Assembly: GCA_032718475.1 (NCBI GenBank)
Contig: JAUCBJ010005846.1
Location: 1-39,420 of the forward strand
Direction of reading: 5' to 3'
DNA: 39,420 bases
Origin: Nemertoderma westbladi
Lineage: Eukaryota > Animalia > Xenacoelomorpha
Part shown: positions 1 to 12,212 of the stretch, piece after piece
How the letters are laid out: each line of letters begins with the position of its first letter
Position numbering within the stretch: the first letter of the stretch is position 1
The notes under the pieces: model-generated
Seen by the model: only the letters and a program-made list of their open reading frames with translations
Told to the model about the DNA's origin: nothing
Database searches by the model: none
Translations under genes and position numbers: made by a program

Positions 1-401
1 CTAAAAACCTTAATTATTATTTTTTTTATACAATTTATTTTCATATGGAACTTAGATATATATATATATTGATTCTACTGAGATGTGCTTTCTAATATAG
101 ACAGACTATTTAGTTCTAATTCTAATTACGGTACTCATTACGACCGATTATTTGTAACAAATTACGATTTTATACAGATTATTTGTTTACAACAGATTAT
201 TAGTTATTTTCGATTTTAATGATTAATTATTGAATCTATTTGGAGGAAATGTATATATAGTATCGCCTTTGCATGCTGTACAGTACGTTAGCAATTAAAT
301 TATCCATCTAAATTAAATTAATAATCTCCCTCATTACAATGTATTACAATAATTATTATATTAGAATGTTAGTTGATCCTAGCTTACTATGGTTTAGCTT
401 T

Positions 402-480
402 GGGGCCCAGGTGGAATCGAAATGGTGACCTCCAAGTTGGAAGTCCATGCTATAAAACGTTCGACCCCAACTGGACGCCA
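402..480 (-). mobile_element. Degenerate tRNA-like sequence (Gly-like), probably a tRNA-derived SINE head or tRNA pseudogene
   Basis: Reverse complement has a CTTCCAA anticodon-loop-like heptamer and a TTCGATTCC T-loop/B-box at tRNA-like spacing; stems pair poorly. Confidence 0.35.
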
Positions 481-915
481 AAGTTTATTGGACTCTAAAC
501 TGTTCTAAATGAAAATTATAATGATTTATGAACCTTATAATATTATCAATTATAAATAATACATATTTTTGTATTATATTATATCACGATGAAATATTAT
601 GTTACAAATAGGCACTGGAACATCTGGAAATACCTGGCCTGCCACGGATCTTTCAGATATGGTGGGGGGGGGGGGGGGGGCATGGCTCGGGGGGCAGGGC
701 TCGGGAAGGGTGTTGGAATATATTATGAAGTTTAGCAAATAAATAACGAAACTGTAATGAAACTGGGCGAATGTAATTGAAATTAATTTAAAACTTTATG
801 TACCAAAATAAACAATCAAACACAAATTAAATTGCCTGAAAATAATAAATGCAATTTTCAAATAATATACTATGAATTTATGCGTGTTTTACATTGGTGA
901 GAGACGTTAAAATTT

Positions 916-1939
916 AAGGCCATTAAGGATTGTAACTTATGCTCTAATTACAGGTCGATACGGATTGTAACTTGTGCTATAATTTCAGCTCGATATGGAT
1001 TGTAACTTATGCTCTAATTTCAGGCCGTTACGGATTGCAACTTATGCTATAATTTTAGGAAGTTACGGGTTGTAACTTATGCTCTAATTTCAGGCCATTA
1101 CGGATTGTAACTTATGCTCTAATTTCATGCCATTATGGATTGTAACTTATGCTCTAATTTCAGGCCAATACGGATTATAACTTATGTTCTAATTTCAGGC
1201 CGCTACGGATTGTAATTTATGTACTAATTTCAGACCGTTACGGATTGTAACTTATGTTTTAATTTAAGGCCATTACGGATTGTAACTTATGCTCTAATTT
1301 CAGGTCGACACTGATTGTAACTTATGTTCTAATTTCAGGCCGTTACGGATTGTAACTTATGTTTTAATTTAAGGCCGTTACGGATTGTAACTTATCTTCT
1401 AATTTAAGGCCATTTCGGATTGTAACTTATTTTCTAATTTCAGGCTGTTACTAATTATAACTTATATTCTAATTTCAGGGCGTTACAGATTGCAACCTAT
1501 GTTCTATTTTCAGGCCGTTACAGATTGTAACTTATGTTCTAATTTAAGGCCATTACGGATTGTAGCTTATGTTCTAATTTCAGGCTGTTACGGATTGTAA
1601 ATTATATTCTATTTCCAGGCCGTTACGGATTGTAACTTATGTTCTAGTTTCAGGCCATTAATGATTATAACTTATGTTATAATTTAAGGCTATTACGGAT
1701 TATAACTTATGTTCTAATTTCAGGCCGTTACAGATTGTAACTTACATTCTAGTTTCAGGCCATTAATGATTATAACTAATGTTCTAATGCCATTGCGGAT
1801 TGTAACTTATGCTCTAATTTAAGGCAGTTACGGATTGTAACTTATGTTCTAATTTCAGGCCGTTACTGATTATAACTGATGTTCTAATTTCAGGCCGTTA
1901 CTGATTATAACTGATGTTCTAATTTAAGGCCGTTACGGG
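916..1939. repeat. 35-bp tandem minisatellite, about 29 copies (consensus ~AGGCCGTTACGGATTGTAACTTATGTTCTAATTTC)
   Basis: The TGTAACTT core recurs at 931, 966, 1001 and onward, a 35-bp period, with scattered substitutions. Confidence 0.97.
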
Positions 1940-3237
1940 TTGAAACCAAAATAAACAATCAAACACAAATTAAAATGGCCGAAAATAATAATTGCAATTT
2001 GCATATGGATATTTATTGAATAATATTTATATATAATTTTATAATATAATGAATTTATATGTGTTTCACATTGCTGAGAGACGTACAACAACTGGCTGTA
2101 CAGTAGCCCGGATACGTCTCGTGACAAATGGAAGATCGTTGTTGCCGATTTTTATGTCACAAACATGCATAGAAGGCACTGACGGTATGTCGTCGCCCTC
2201 CCTTTCTCCTGGTTTCACCCATCCGGTTATATAATACCCCGAGCCAAGCCTGTTGAGCAACGTCACCCGTTCTCTAACGAAGTCGATACAGCCTTCTATC
2301 TCGTCCTCATCCATGTCCGCCAGTTTAATATCCATAGAGTCCTTGTGGATGAAGTGGCTGAGGAACTGACGGGATGAAAACGGGACGACGGGATGACCCT
2401 TATTGTCGAACCTTCACAAAGTGAATTCGACGCCCCACTCAACTTTCGCTGGAACATTAAGACAGCACTTACACGGGCTGTCGCCAAACCGCCCATCGCA
2501 GACACGCCCAGGACACACTCCGTCTATAACACCCAGCTTGCGGATGTTGAGAGTTTCAACCGTTATGGCGAAGGCGGCCATCTTCGTATCCGTCTCCATC
2601 AACGGTGTTGGGAACTCCCGTAGGTCGCCAGCCGCTGGTTGCACCGGGAGGATTACGTCCTTGGTGGTTATTACCGGAAAACGGCCAACACCTTCGAAGA
2701 TGGGGTTTATAATAGAAATGTATCCGCCGATACGCATCTCTTTATAAAGCGGCAGCTCCAAGCGAATGTCGGCGGTCGTTCGGATTGATATGGCGAACAA
2801 TTCCCCTCCGACAATGCATCTAGATAAAATATAAATAACCAGTTATGGAATGGACTAAATGGACAATATCATTGAGAAGCATAGCCGGTTACATTTACTT
2901 ATTGAATGCGTTTTATTTATCATAATTAATTTCTTTAGTTTATTATAAGAAATACATAATAATAATAATTAATAATAATACAAATATAATCACATTAACA
3001 TGGTTCCAATATAAATGAAGCTAGTCCAAATTAAGAATTCTAGATTAATTAAAAAAACTATTTATTTCTTCCTAAATTTTGTAATTATTATAATATGTTA
3101 AATTACATTAATTGGACCCAATTACCGGTACCGTATTATTTGTGGGCTGATTTCCACTACATTTTAGGTGGATTTCATTTGATTCAAATTTAAAACAAAA
3201 TAGCAGTACCCTATGCTAATGTAATGAATCATTATTA

Positions 3238-3516
3238 GAGACACGGGGGTGGGGGGGGGGGGGGGGCGTACTTGACACAAATGCCATCTAGGCGAATTAA
3301 TATCCCGCATCAATGTTAAATTCTCAATTTATGGAAAGAAACACGTTACAGTGGTTCGTTATTCTAACTAAAACAAAAAACTAAAGAACAGGTTACATAG
3401 TTACATACATACATACATACAACAGGTCAATAGAACAGGTTACAGTATTCTTTTTGGAGTAATCAGCTGTAATTTGCGACGAATTTTCCCTTGAGAGGAA
3501 ATAATTTTCCTATCTG
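3238..3516 (-). mobile_element. MITE family A copy (8-bp TSD; hAT- or P-like non-autonomous element)
   Basis: Termini GAGACACGGGG...CCTATCTG; TSD CATTATTA at 3230-3237 and 3517-3524; body matches the other family A copies. Confidence 0.85.
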
Positions 3517-3536
3517 CATTATTAATATAACATAAA

Positions 3537-3982
3537 GAGACAGGGGGAAACTGGACGCAAAACCCGCCATGGCGAATTAATATTCCGCCTCAATGTTACA
3601 TTCTCAATTTAGGGAAACGAGCAGGTTACAGTGCCACGTTATTTTAACCAAAACAATAAACTAAACACGACATGGCGAATTAATATCCCGCCTCAATGTT
3701 ACATTCTCAATTTAGGGAAACGAGCAGGTTACAGTGCCACGTTATTTTAACCAAAACAATAAACTAAACACGACATGGCGAATTAATATCCCGCCTCAAT
3801 GTTACATTCTCAATTTAGGGAAAGGAGCTGGTTACAGTGCCACGTTATTTTAACCAAAACAATAAGCTAAACACAATAGAACAGGTTACAGTTTTATTTT
3901 TCAGAGTAATCATCTGTTATTTGCGCCCAATTTCCCCCGGAGAGGAATTAATTTTTATTGCGTCAGGTTTCCCCCCTATCCG
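3537..3982 (-). mobile_element. MITE family A copy with an internal 103-bp tandem triplication
   Basis: TIRs GAGACAGGGGGAAACTGGACGCAA / TTGCGTCAGGTTTCCCCCCTATCCG; TSD AACATAAA at 3529-3536 and 3983-3990; GGCGAATTAA recurs at 3571, 3674 and 3777. Confidence 0.9.
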
Positions 3983-4414
3983 AACATAAAACAAACCTTG
4001 CAAACAGTAGACGAGTGTAGCCAATATTGGTTTTACCAAACTTCGATTGCGATGGGTTGGTTGGCTTCCTAACACTAACCGCAGTTCTAGTCGCCGAGGG
4101 TTTGGTTATATGTACTATCTGGGCATTGAGACGTACTCGGTCACAAACGTCATCCCCATCCCGTACGACGGTTGAGAAGGATACATCGGTGAAACGATTG
4201 GACAGCAAGGCGTCGCGACTTCTCTCAATCGCCCGATTCTCCCTTATGGCAATGGAATAAGACGTAGCCATCTGCGAATAACAATGTATATATTATAGAC
4301 TTTGAATTAAAACTTGATACAATAATTTTAAAATATACGACCTGTCAACATTACTTAACGACGGCAGTGTATTCAATATATTACATGTGCGTTGTTATAT
4401 GGCACATTAAAACT

Positions 4415-4620
4415 GGGTGAGTACAAAACAAAGACGTAAAGTTGAGTTAGGTCCTGGAGAGCGTTAAGTCCCACTTAAATTGCCATTTAAAGGATCAGGT
4501 TAGTAAAGGAGCAGGTTGCAGAGGGGAGTTGGGGGAACCAAAACAATAAACGAAAGTTAACACATGTGTTTTGTACATGTGTTTTGTGTTGGGTCTTGGG
4601 CCTTTGTTTTTTACTCACCC
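4415..4620. mobile_element. MITE family B copy (GGGTGAGTA termini, 9-10-bp TSD; Mutator-like)
   Basis: Ends GGGTGAGTACAAAACAAAG / CTTTGTTTTTTACTCACCC; flanks CATTAAAACT (4405-4414) and CATTACAACT (4621-4630). Confidence 0.75.
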
Positions 4621-4745
4621 CATTACAACTCTAGATTATAACCCAACGGATACCGGTACACTGAACTTTAAAAACTAAAAAATTTGACTTACCTTTTTTG
4701 GAATTTGCTATTAATTAGATGCAAACCTTTGCTACCTTTTATGCG

Positions 4746-4965
4746 CAAATAGGGGGGGGGAAACTTGATGCAATAAAAATTAATCCCTCTCCAGGGGAAA
4801 TTCGACGCAAATAACGGTAACCTCTTCTATTGTGTTTAGTTTATTGTTTTAGTTAAAATAACGTGCCACTGTAACCTGCTCCTTTCTCTAAATTGAATTA
4901 TTTAACATTGAGGCGGGATATTAATACGCCAAGGCGGGTGTTGCGTCCATTCCCCCCCCTGTCTA
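4746..4965 (+). mobile_element. MITE family A copy
   Basis: Termini CAAATAGGGG...CCCCTGTCTA; TSD TTTATGCG at 4738-4745 and 4966-4973. Confidence 0.88.
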
Positions 4966-6163
4966 TTTATGCGATATCGTATAAATTAATATTATAATAT
5001 TTCATAAATTCAAACAGTTGTTAAAAAATTTCAAGTAAAACTATATATTATATTCGTATCAAAGTACTCTACAGTACTCAGTAGGCAAACTGTACTATGA
5101 ACGTACAAGATTAAATATCATGCCGTAAGCCGTATAGTATTCTGTGTATTGTTGATATGTTATAGACAACAATGTAGGCCTTATCGTACGGTAAGTATTA
5201 AAACACCACTGTGACTATAAATATATGGTGTCTATAATAGATTCACTGTCGGAGAATGACCGCAAACACAAAATAAATTGTAGTAGGTTTTAAAAATTAG
5301 TTGAATTAAATTCAAAACATTAAGGAAAAGGAGCAGCTTACAGTGGCGGCGTTTTCTAACCAAAACAATAAACTATACATTATTTCATTTCCGGTCAATT
5401 TGCGCGGAAGATCTCTATTTCAGTATTTTCACTTGCGGTTCAAGTGCGCCACTATCTGCTATAATATAAGGATAACAATAATAACTCACCTTACGAACTT
5501 TTAGAGTTCAGGAGTTGGATGTAAATGTTAAGCCTGACGTCTGAACGTATATACTTCGAATTGGAACTAGCAGCTAGTGATAAATGGAGAACAATAAAGT
5601 ACTGAAGTAACAACATTAATTAAACTGAATAACGAATGAGCGTATCTGTCTTTTCTTATTCTATATACTTCGAATGACACACAACATATCGGACCGACAA
5701 AGGAGTGGAGGAGACTAAAAGTCTCACTAAAGACAGTTCTGGGTTGGTGTCCAACTAAGAACGAAGTCAATCTCCTAGAGTAGCCTTTGATCTCTACCGC
5801 TTCCCACTATGTGGCTTTCCTTTAATCTGAGCCGCTGTTATTATAAGGTTTAGTCTACATCCACAACTGCCTTTGGTAGGCTAGGCTTGTCAACATATGG
5901 GAACAGAACACACCTGCATAGCTCCTAAAAATATATCCCCAGGTAAGAATCTAGAAACAGCATGGAATACTTATAATAACGTCGGCTTAGATTAAAGGAA
6001 AGCGGTTAGATCATCAATGTGGGAAGTAAAGACACTGTGAAGTAATAACACAGAAACTAAATATAAAGTATGTAAATATACGCGCGAAATATATGTTCGT
6101 TTTAATGAACAAATTTTTTTGAAACAGGACCATATAAAACTCAAATAGACAAACAAACTAACA

Positions 6164-6533
6164 GGGTGACTATAAAACAAAGACCAAAGACTAAAGACCT
6201 GTACAAAACTTAACTTTCGTTTATTGTTTTGGTTCCCCCAACACGTCTCTGTAACCTGCTCCTTTAAATGGTAAAGTGACCTAAAGCTTTTTGGTACCTA
6301 ACGCTCTTTGGAACCTAATGCTCTTTGGGACCTAACGCGACTTTACCTCTTTGTTTTGTACAGGTCCCAAAGGGCGTTAGGTGCCATTACCATATAAAGG
6401 AGCAGGTTAGTAAGGGAGCAGGTTAAAGAGGCGTGTTGGGGGAACCAAAACAATAAACGAATGTTAAAACATGTTACAAGATTATGCAGGTCTTTATTAT
6501 TTGGGTCTTGGGTCTTTATTTTGTAGTCAACCC
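6164..6533. mobile_element. MITE family B copy, largely palindromic (long TIRs)
   Basis: GGGTGACTATAAAA...TTTTGTAGTCAACCC; the left arm CGTTTATTGTTTTGGTTCCCCCAACACG is the reverse complement of the right arm CGTGTTGGGGGAACCAAAACAATAAACG; short GACCTAACGC repeats in the middle; no clean TSD. Confidence 0.75.
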
Positions 6534-7528
6534 AACAAACGCGCGGAATACTAAGAACGCAATCAAATAGGCGCTATTGGGGTTGTTGGAAATTACTTAA
6601 AAATATAGTTTTATTTTAACAATTTTTAGCAACTTTAAAATTAGCAACGTGAACTCAAACTCTACACAATAAACCCTTTCCAATAATCCTACGGAATATT
6701 AACAACTAACATTGACCTACCCACCTAAATTACTCTGAGTGGATAACTGTTAGAAATAGGTCTTTACAGGGCTGGTAAATCTTCAGTTTTCTGTTCAGGG
6801 TCCGAGATATTCTGTACACAACTGCTTGTATACCAGTATACTATTAACGTATGCAGCAATGCAGGATACAGAGTACCCCCTACCAATTCTGTATCATTTG
6901 TATAAATTTCCCCCTACTGCTTATCATTACGTCTATCGATTATGTCTATTAATTATTTGTCCAAATTCTAAAATCACCTTTCGTTAATCGTAAGTCATTA
7001 AGGCATACACCTGCATACCAAGTTAGCATTTGAAAAAGATAGAAGATCATTTTGAACACCGTGAGCAAACACTAAAATAAACCCAGACACAGTAACAAAT
7101 GTTGCCACTTATTCACTTTATTCAAGGTTAAATGTTGCCTAGTCCCAGATTATTTCAAGCCAGATAAGATGTTTCTATTGTCATGGCAACGTACAACATT
7201 TGTTAATTAATGTAATATTCGTAAGAATGATCCAACTGTTTTTGGTTACCATAATAATATAATATTGATATAGGGACAACATTTTCTGGACATAGCAGTG
7301 TGTACTGTAGTTCACCCTAAATGAATTTCTTTTTGAATTGATAGTAACGATGTGAAACATTAGATAAAACATTGATTGGTTGTAACCACGGTTACACAGC
7401 AACAGCCGATCCATATTGAATATTTGAAACATCCAATTCCACACACTGGAATACACTTTGAAAATGAAAGTAAACTGAAATTGATAATAAATGTCCTCTC
7501 TTGACATGATTATCTCTACAAAACCCAC

Positions 7529-7751
7529 GTGTGAGTACAAAACAAAGACCCGATTATAAAGACCTGCATAATCTTGTAACATGTGTTAACTTTAGTTTAT
7601 TGTTTTGGTTCCACAAACACTCATGTAACCTGCTCCATTAAATGGCAATGGGACATAACGCTCTTTAGGACATAACGCGACTTTACCTCTTTGTTTTATA
7701 CAAAACGGGCAGTGATGTCTTGGGCCTTTGGTCGTTGTTTTGTACTCACCC
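7529..7751. mobile_element. MITE family B copy
   Basis: GTGTGAGTACAAAACAA...TTGTTTTGTACTCACCC; flanks CAAAACCCAC / CTATACCCAC form a degenerate 10-bp TSD. Confidence 0.7.
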
Positions 7752-9935
7752 CTATACCCACCCTCCACCCATATACACTACTACATGCTGCATGTATCTA
7801 AACCCACCCTCCACCCATATACACTACTACATGCTGCATGTATCTAAACCCACCCTCCACCCATATACACTACTACATGCTGCATGTATCTAAACCCACC
7901 CTCCACCCATATACACTACTACATGCTGCATGTATCTAAACCCACCCTCCACCCATATACACTACTACATGCTGCATGTATCTAAACCCACCCTCCACCC
8001 ATATACACTACTGCATGTATCTAAACCCACCCTCCACCCCTATACACTACTGCATGAATCTAAACCCACCCTCCATCCATATACACTACAGCACGAATCT
8101 AAATTCTAAATCTAAATCTAAAATTCTAAATCTAAATCTAAATCGTCATGTGGACGATTTCTGTTACCTGGGATCATGGATCCGGAAGTCAGGTGAGGAC
8201 CTTCGAATACGTAAGGGAAAGGCATGGGCAGCCTTGAATAGGCTTTCCAGGATTTGGAAGTCACCGATAATTAATCGGAAACTTAAGGTCCGATTATTTA
8301 GAGCAGCAGTAGTTCCAGTACTCCTCTATGGGAGTCCATGCTGGGCTCTAACTGCTGAGGACACCAAATCTCTGGATGGCACATTCACAAGAATGCTACG
8401 CCGGGTTCATTGTGTCAAGTACAATTCACACATCTCCAACCAGACACTATATAACATTGGAGGTGTCTCATTGGTTCCCCCAAGCTTGACACTAGAACAA
8501 AATCGCCTCCGCTTTGCAGGACATTGCTTTCGCCGTGAGAACCAGCCAGTGCATAATCTTGTACTTTGGCAGCCTCATGGAGTGAATAAGCATGGTGGAC
8601 AGCCCCTGACTTTCTTGAGACGCATCTTAAAGGACACTGGCCTTGAAGATGCGGATAATCTAGCAAATGTCATGGGTGATAGGGAGTTGTGGCGGCGCAA
8701 TTTTGTCCACAAGCCGACACAGCATTCTTAAAAATGCAGCTGCAATGCAGCATGCCGATACTAGTAGTAGTAGTAGTATGAATCTAAACCCACCCTCCAC
8801 CCATATACATTACAGCATGAATCTAAACCCACCCTCCACCCATATACATTACAGCATGAATCTAAACCCACCCTCCATCCATATACTGTATGACTGCTTT
8901 ATCTAAACCCGCCCTCCACCCATATACATTACAGAATGAATCTAAACCCACCCTCCATCCATATACTGTATTACTGCTTCATCTAAACCCGCCCTCCACC
9001 CATATACACTACTACATGCTGCATGTATCTAAACCCAGCCTCCACCCATATACACTACTACATGCTACATGTATCTAAACCCACCCCCCACCCATATACA
9101 CTACTACATGCTGCATGTATCTAAACCCACCCTCCACCCATATACACTACTGCATGAATCTAAATCCACCCTACACCCATATACTGTATTACTGCTTTAT
9201 CTAAACACACCCTCCACCCATATACACTACTACATCTATCTAAACCCACCCTCCACCCATATACACTACTGCATGTATCTAAACCCACCCTCCACCCATA
9301 TACACTACTACATGCTGCATGAATCTAAACCCACCCTCCATCCATTAACTGTATTACTGCTTCATCTAAACCCGCCCTCCACCCATATACACTACTACAT
9401 GCTGCATGTATCTAAACCCACCCTCCACCCATATACACTACTACATGCTGCATGTAACTAAACCCACCCTCCACCCATATACACTACTACATGCTGCATG
9501 TATCTAAACCCACCCTCCACCCATATACACTACTGCATGAATCTAAATCCACCCTACACCCATATACTGTATTACTGCTTTATCTAAACCCACCCTCCAC
9601 CCATATACACTACTACATGCTGCATGTATCTAAACCCACCCTCCACCCATATCCATTACAGCATGAATCTAAACCCACCCTCCATCCATATACTGTATTA
9701 CTGCTTTATCTAAACCCGCCCTCCACCCATATACACTACTAAATGCCTCATGTATCTAAACCCACCCTCCACCCATATACTGTATATTACTGCATTATCT
9801 ATAAACCCACCCTCCACCCATATACATTACTGCATGTATCTAAACACTAAACCCAACCCCCACCCATATACGTTGGTAGTTTGAAATTGAGAGTAAACTG
9901 CATGTACAGTATATAAACCCACCATCCACCCAAAT
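7752..9935. repeat. 46-bp minisatellite with ~38-43-bp variants (TCTAAACCCACCCTCCACCCATATACACTACTACATGCTGCATGTA), interrupted by a LINE
   Basis: TCTAAACCC at 7797, 7843 and onward gives a 46-bp period; the array resumes after 8778. Confidence 0.96.
8144..8777 (+). mobile_element. 5'-truncated non-LTR retrotransposon (RTE/RTE-X-like); C-terminal RT/thumb region plus 3' UTR and (TAG)n tail
   Basis: Translation has DDFCYLGSWI, IRKGKAWAA, IWKS, KVRLFRAAVVPVLLYGS, LDGTFTRMLR, RLRFAGHC and MGDRELWR, typical of RTE-clade C-termini; stop at 8731; TAGTAGTAG tail at 8762-8777; GAATCTAAA on both sides. Confidence 0.92.
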
Positions 9936-10497
9936 AAATGGAATCTTTGAAATTGAAAATTATTTTTTTTATAAACGCGCGGGCCCGGACGTTTATTTAG
10001 CAGGGCGTTAAAGTTTCTAAATGTAGGGGCAGGGGAGGGGGTATATAGGCGTCCAGGTAATACTTGATATTTCTGGTGGAATGCACAAATTAGCAAGCAG
10101 TAATATAGTAAGTAAGCTAATGACTACTGAACTAACTTAAGCTATAGCCCTATCAATATACTGTACGTATGGACATTACAGCATTGAGACCACTTTCTGA
10201 CTTTAGGAACTTTTGTGTATGTTTCATATTACAATAGCCTACCATTTTATTATTGTTATATTATATATATTACAATTTGCTTTTATAAGTAAATTGTTGT
10301 TGGGTGGAGAGCTTTCGCTTTAGGACTTTACCTAATTTCGTCATTCACAACTGCACCTTCCTTACCAGCTTAACAGGTTTAATATAATATTAATATATAT
10401 TTATTATTATTTTTTTATTGTTTTAATATTTTTCTTCGTAATTTAATATCGGCTAATACTTATATATCGCCTATTAACGCTTTAGGCCTACTTTTCT

Positions 10498-10742
10498 CAG
10501 ATAGGGGGGAAACTGGACGCAATAAAAGTGCATCCCTCTCCAGGGGGAATTCGACGCAAATAACAGATGATTACTCTAAAAAAAAATAAAACTGTAACCT
10601 GTTCTATTGTGTTTAGTTTATTGTTTTGATTAAAATAACGTGCCACTGTAACCGGCTCCTTTCCCTAAATTGAGAATTTAACATTGAGACGGGATATTAA
10701 TTCACCAAGGCGGGTTTTGCTTCCAATTTCCCTCCTTGTCTC
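10498..10742 (+). mobile_element. MITE family A copy
   Basis: CAGATAGGGGGGAAACTGGACGCAA...CCTTGTCTC; TSD ACTTTTCT at 10490-10497 and 10743-10750. Confidence 0.9.
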
Positions 10743-10817
10743 ACTTTTCTAGTCTCTTGATATTTTACTGTAGTTTTTAAATTAAATATAAATTTGTGTG
10801 TAAATTAATCGCCAGGA

Positions 10818-11346
10818 TGTCGACGGAACTTTTCTAACTAAATTCAACAGTTTTCCCTAACAAATTATCTATACGGCCTACCCACCTTTTGGCTCCAAAC
10901 GTAACCTGCTGTCTTTACAGCTCTCTCTGTCTAACCTCCCTCTAGCGGGAGTATTAGCAGTCCCACATTTGGATCAAAACGTGACTAACTGGCCACTCAG
11001 CAGTCTCCTTAGCTACCCAATCAGATCGCTCCCTGATACGGTATTTAAGGGTCTGCTTGCCACTTTTTACTCACTCTCAAGTCGACAACCTGGTGCCTTG
11101 TGCAAACCCCTGCTGCAAAATCGACTGAATTAATTGTTTTCTTCCTATTTCCTTATCATTCAAAATATAAAATAAACTCAGTTATCGCTCACATTAAAAT
11201 AAACTTTTTCACACTCAACTTCTAATGAACTTTTTCACCTTCTACCTCTACTTTGGGAGCCGTCTCTCAGTTGCACTCCCTTTGGCAACTGGCGTTACTA
11301 CATCGAAGGACTCGGTCTAAATCTACAACGCCCAGTTTTCGCCACA
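10818..11346 (+). mobile_element. Possible solo LTR
   Basis: Starts TGTCGACGGAACT and ends AGTTTTCGCCACA (imperfect inverted TG...CA ends); internal TATTTAAG and AATAAA; CT-rich. No TSD found. Confidence 0.35.
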
Positions 11347-12212
11347 TTGTGTGTAATAAATATAGGCCTATTCGTAATCTAATATTTCGGTATAATTTAG
11401 TGTGTGATTAAATATTGTATGTAGGCCTACATTGTTTTACTCTTTAGGCGTATATTATTAAGTCTGTGAATTGTATTATTTTGCCAATATAATTAATTAA
11501 TTAATTATATATATAAGTATATATTAAAAGCACATTCAGTAGGCCTAATGCATTGATTAAGCCTATGCAGCTATGGCAAGAAAGAAGTACATCTGCTTAT
11601 ATTGTAATGGAGAAGAACTACCGAAAAGGCATAATGCGACGACATGTCCCCGGAAGAAACGTGACCTCGAAAAACTAAAACGTTAGTTGCTCATACTGTA
11701 GTTAAATGTCTTATACTATAAATAGAACTATACCGGTATATTACTGCAGTACTGTTTCATTCATTACCCTGATACCGGTACCTGCTTCTACCAATCGTGT
11801 TTCTGGCAGATCAATATTTTTATTCAATACTTTACTTTCCTTTCAATCGTTTGTGTTACTTATAAATAAGCCTATACAGCTATAGGCCTATAGGCTATGT
11901 TATGTAAAATAAATATCTCGTTTTACAATGCTTTGTAGGCCTACATATCTCTGTTAAATCAATTTTTATCGCCATTACAAATAAAACGACATGCGCCAAT
12001 GAGTCTTCTGCATTCTGCATAGCATGATGTATAACTAATAGTTTTGGGAATAAAAATAAATGCCTCACGTGAACTACGTATTACAGTTAGTTGCATTAAC
12101 ACCTCAACTCCAATTCATTTATTAATATCACCTGGGAACTACGTACCGGTACGTACGGAACAACATATGAACCACATGAGGGTACATATAAATTCAACAA
12201 CAACAAATCTTT

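Larger units (their letters stand above)
2066..4271 (-). pseudogene. Two-exon gene (exon 4271-3997, exon 2819-2066) for a ~342-aa protein with a CxxxxC-x7-CxC cluster; one in-frame TGA at 2416-2414
   Basis: Donor GCAAG|GTTTGT at 3997/3996 and acceptor TTTTATCTAG|ATGC at 2820/2819 join in frame (YTRLLFAR+CIVGGELFAI). ORFs 2414-2800 and 2066-2335 are in the same frame, and the bridge after the TGA is open (RFDNKGHPVVPFSSRQFLSHFIHKDS). Both exons are GC-rich islands in AT-rich DNA. The ATG at 4271 directly follows an acceptor-like TTCGCAG. Confidence 0.75.

Noticed and set aside
916-1939. 35-bp array as a CRISPR array
   Set aside because: Units are head-to-tail with no unique spacers, there are no cas genes, and the context is eukaryotic.
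7181-7582. 133-aa minus-strand ORF
   Set aside because: It starts inside a MITE, has AT-rich low-complexity composition and shows no recognisable motif.
7976-9742. 251-aa ORF and neighbouring LNPPSTHIHY ORFs as genes
   Set aside because: The N-terminus is satellite sequence fused by chance to a truncated LINE; the other ORFs are pure satellite.
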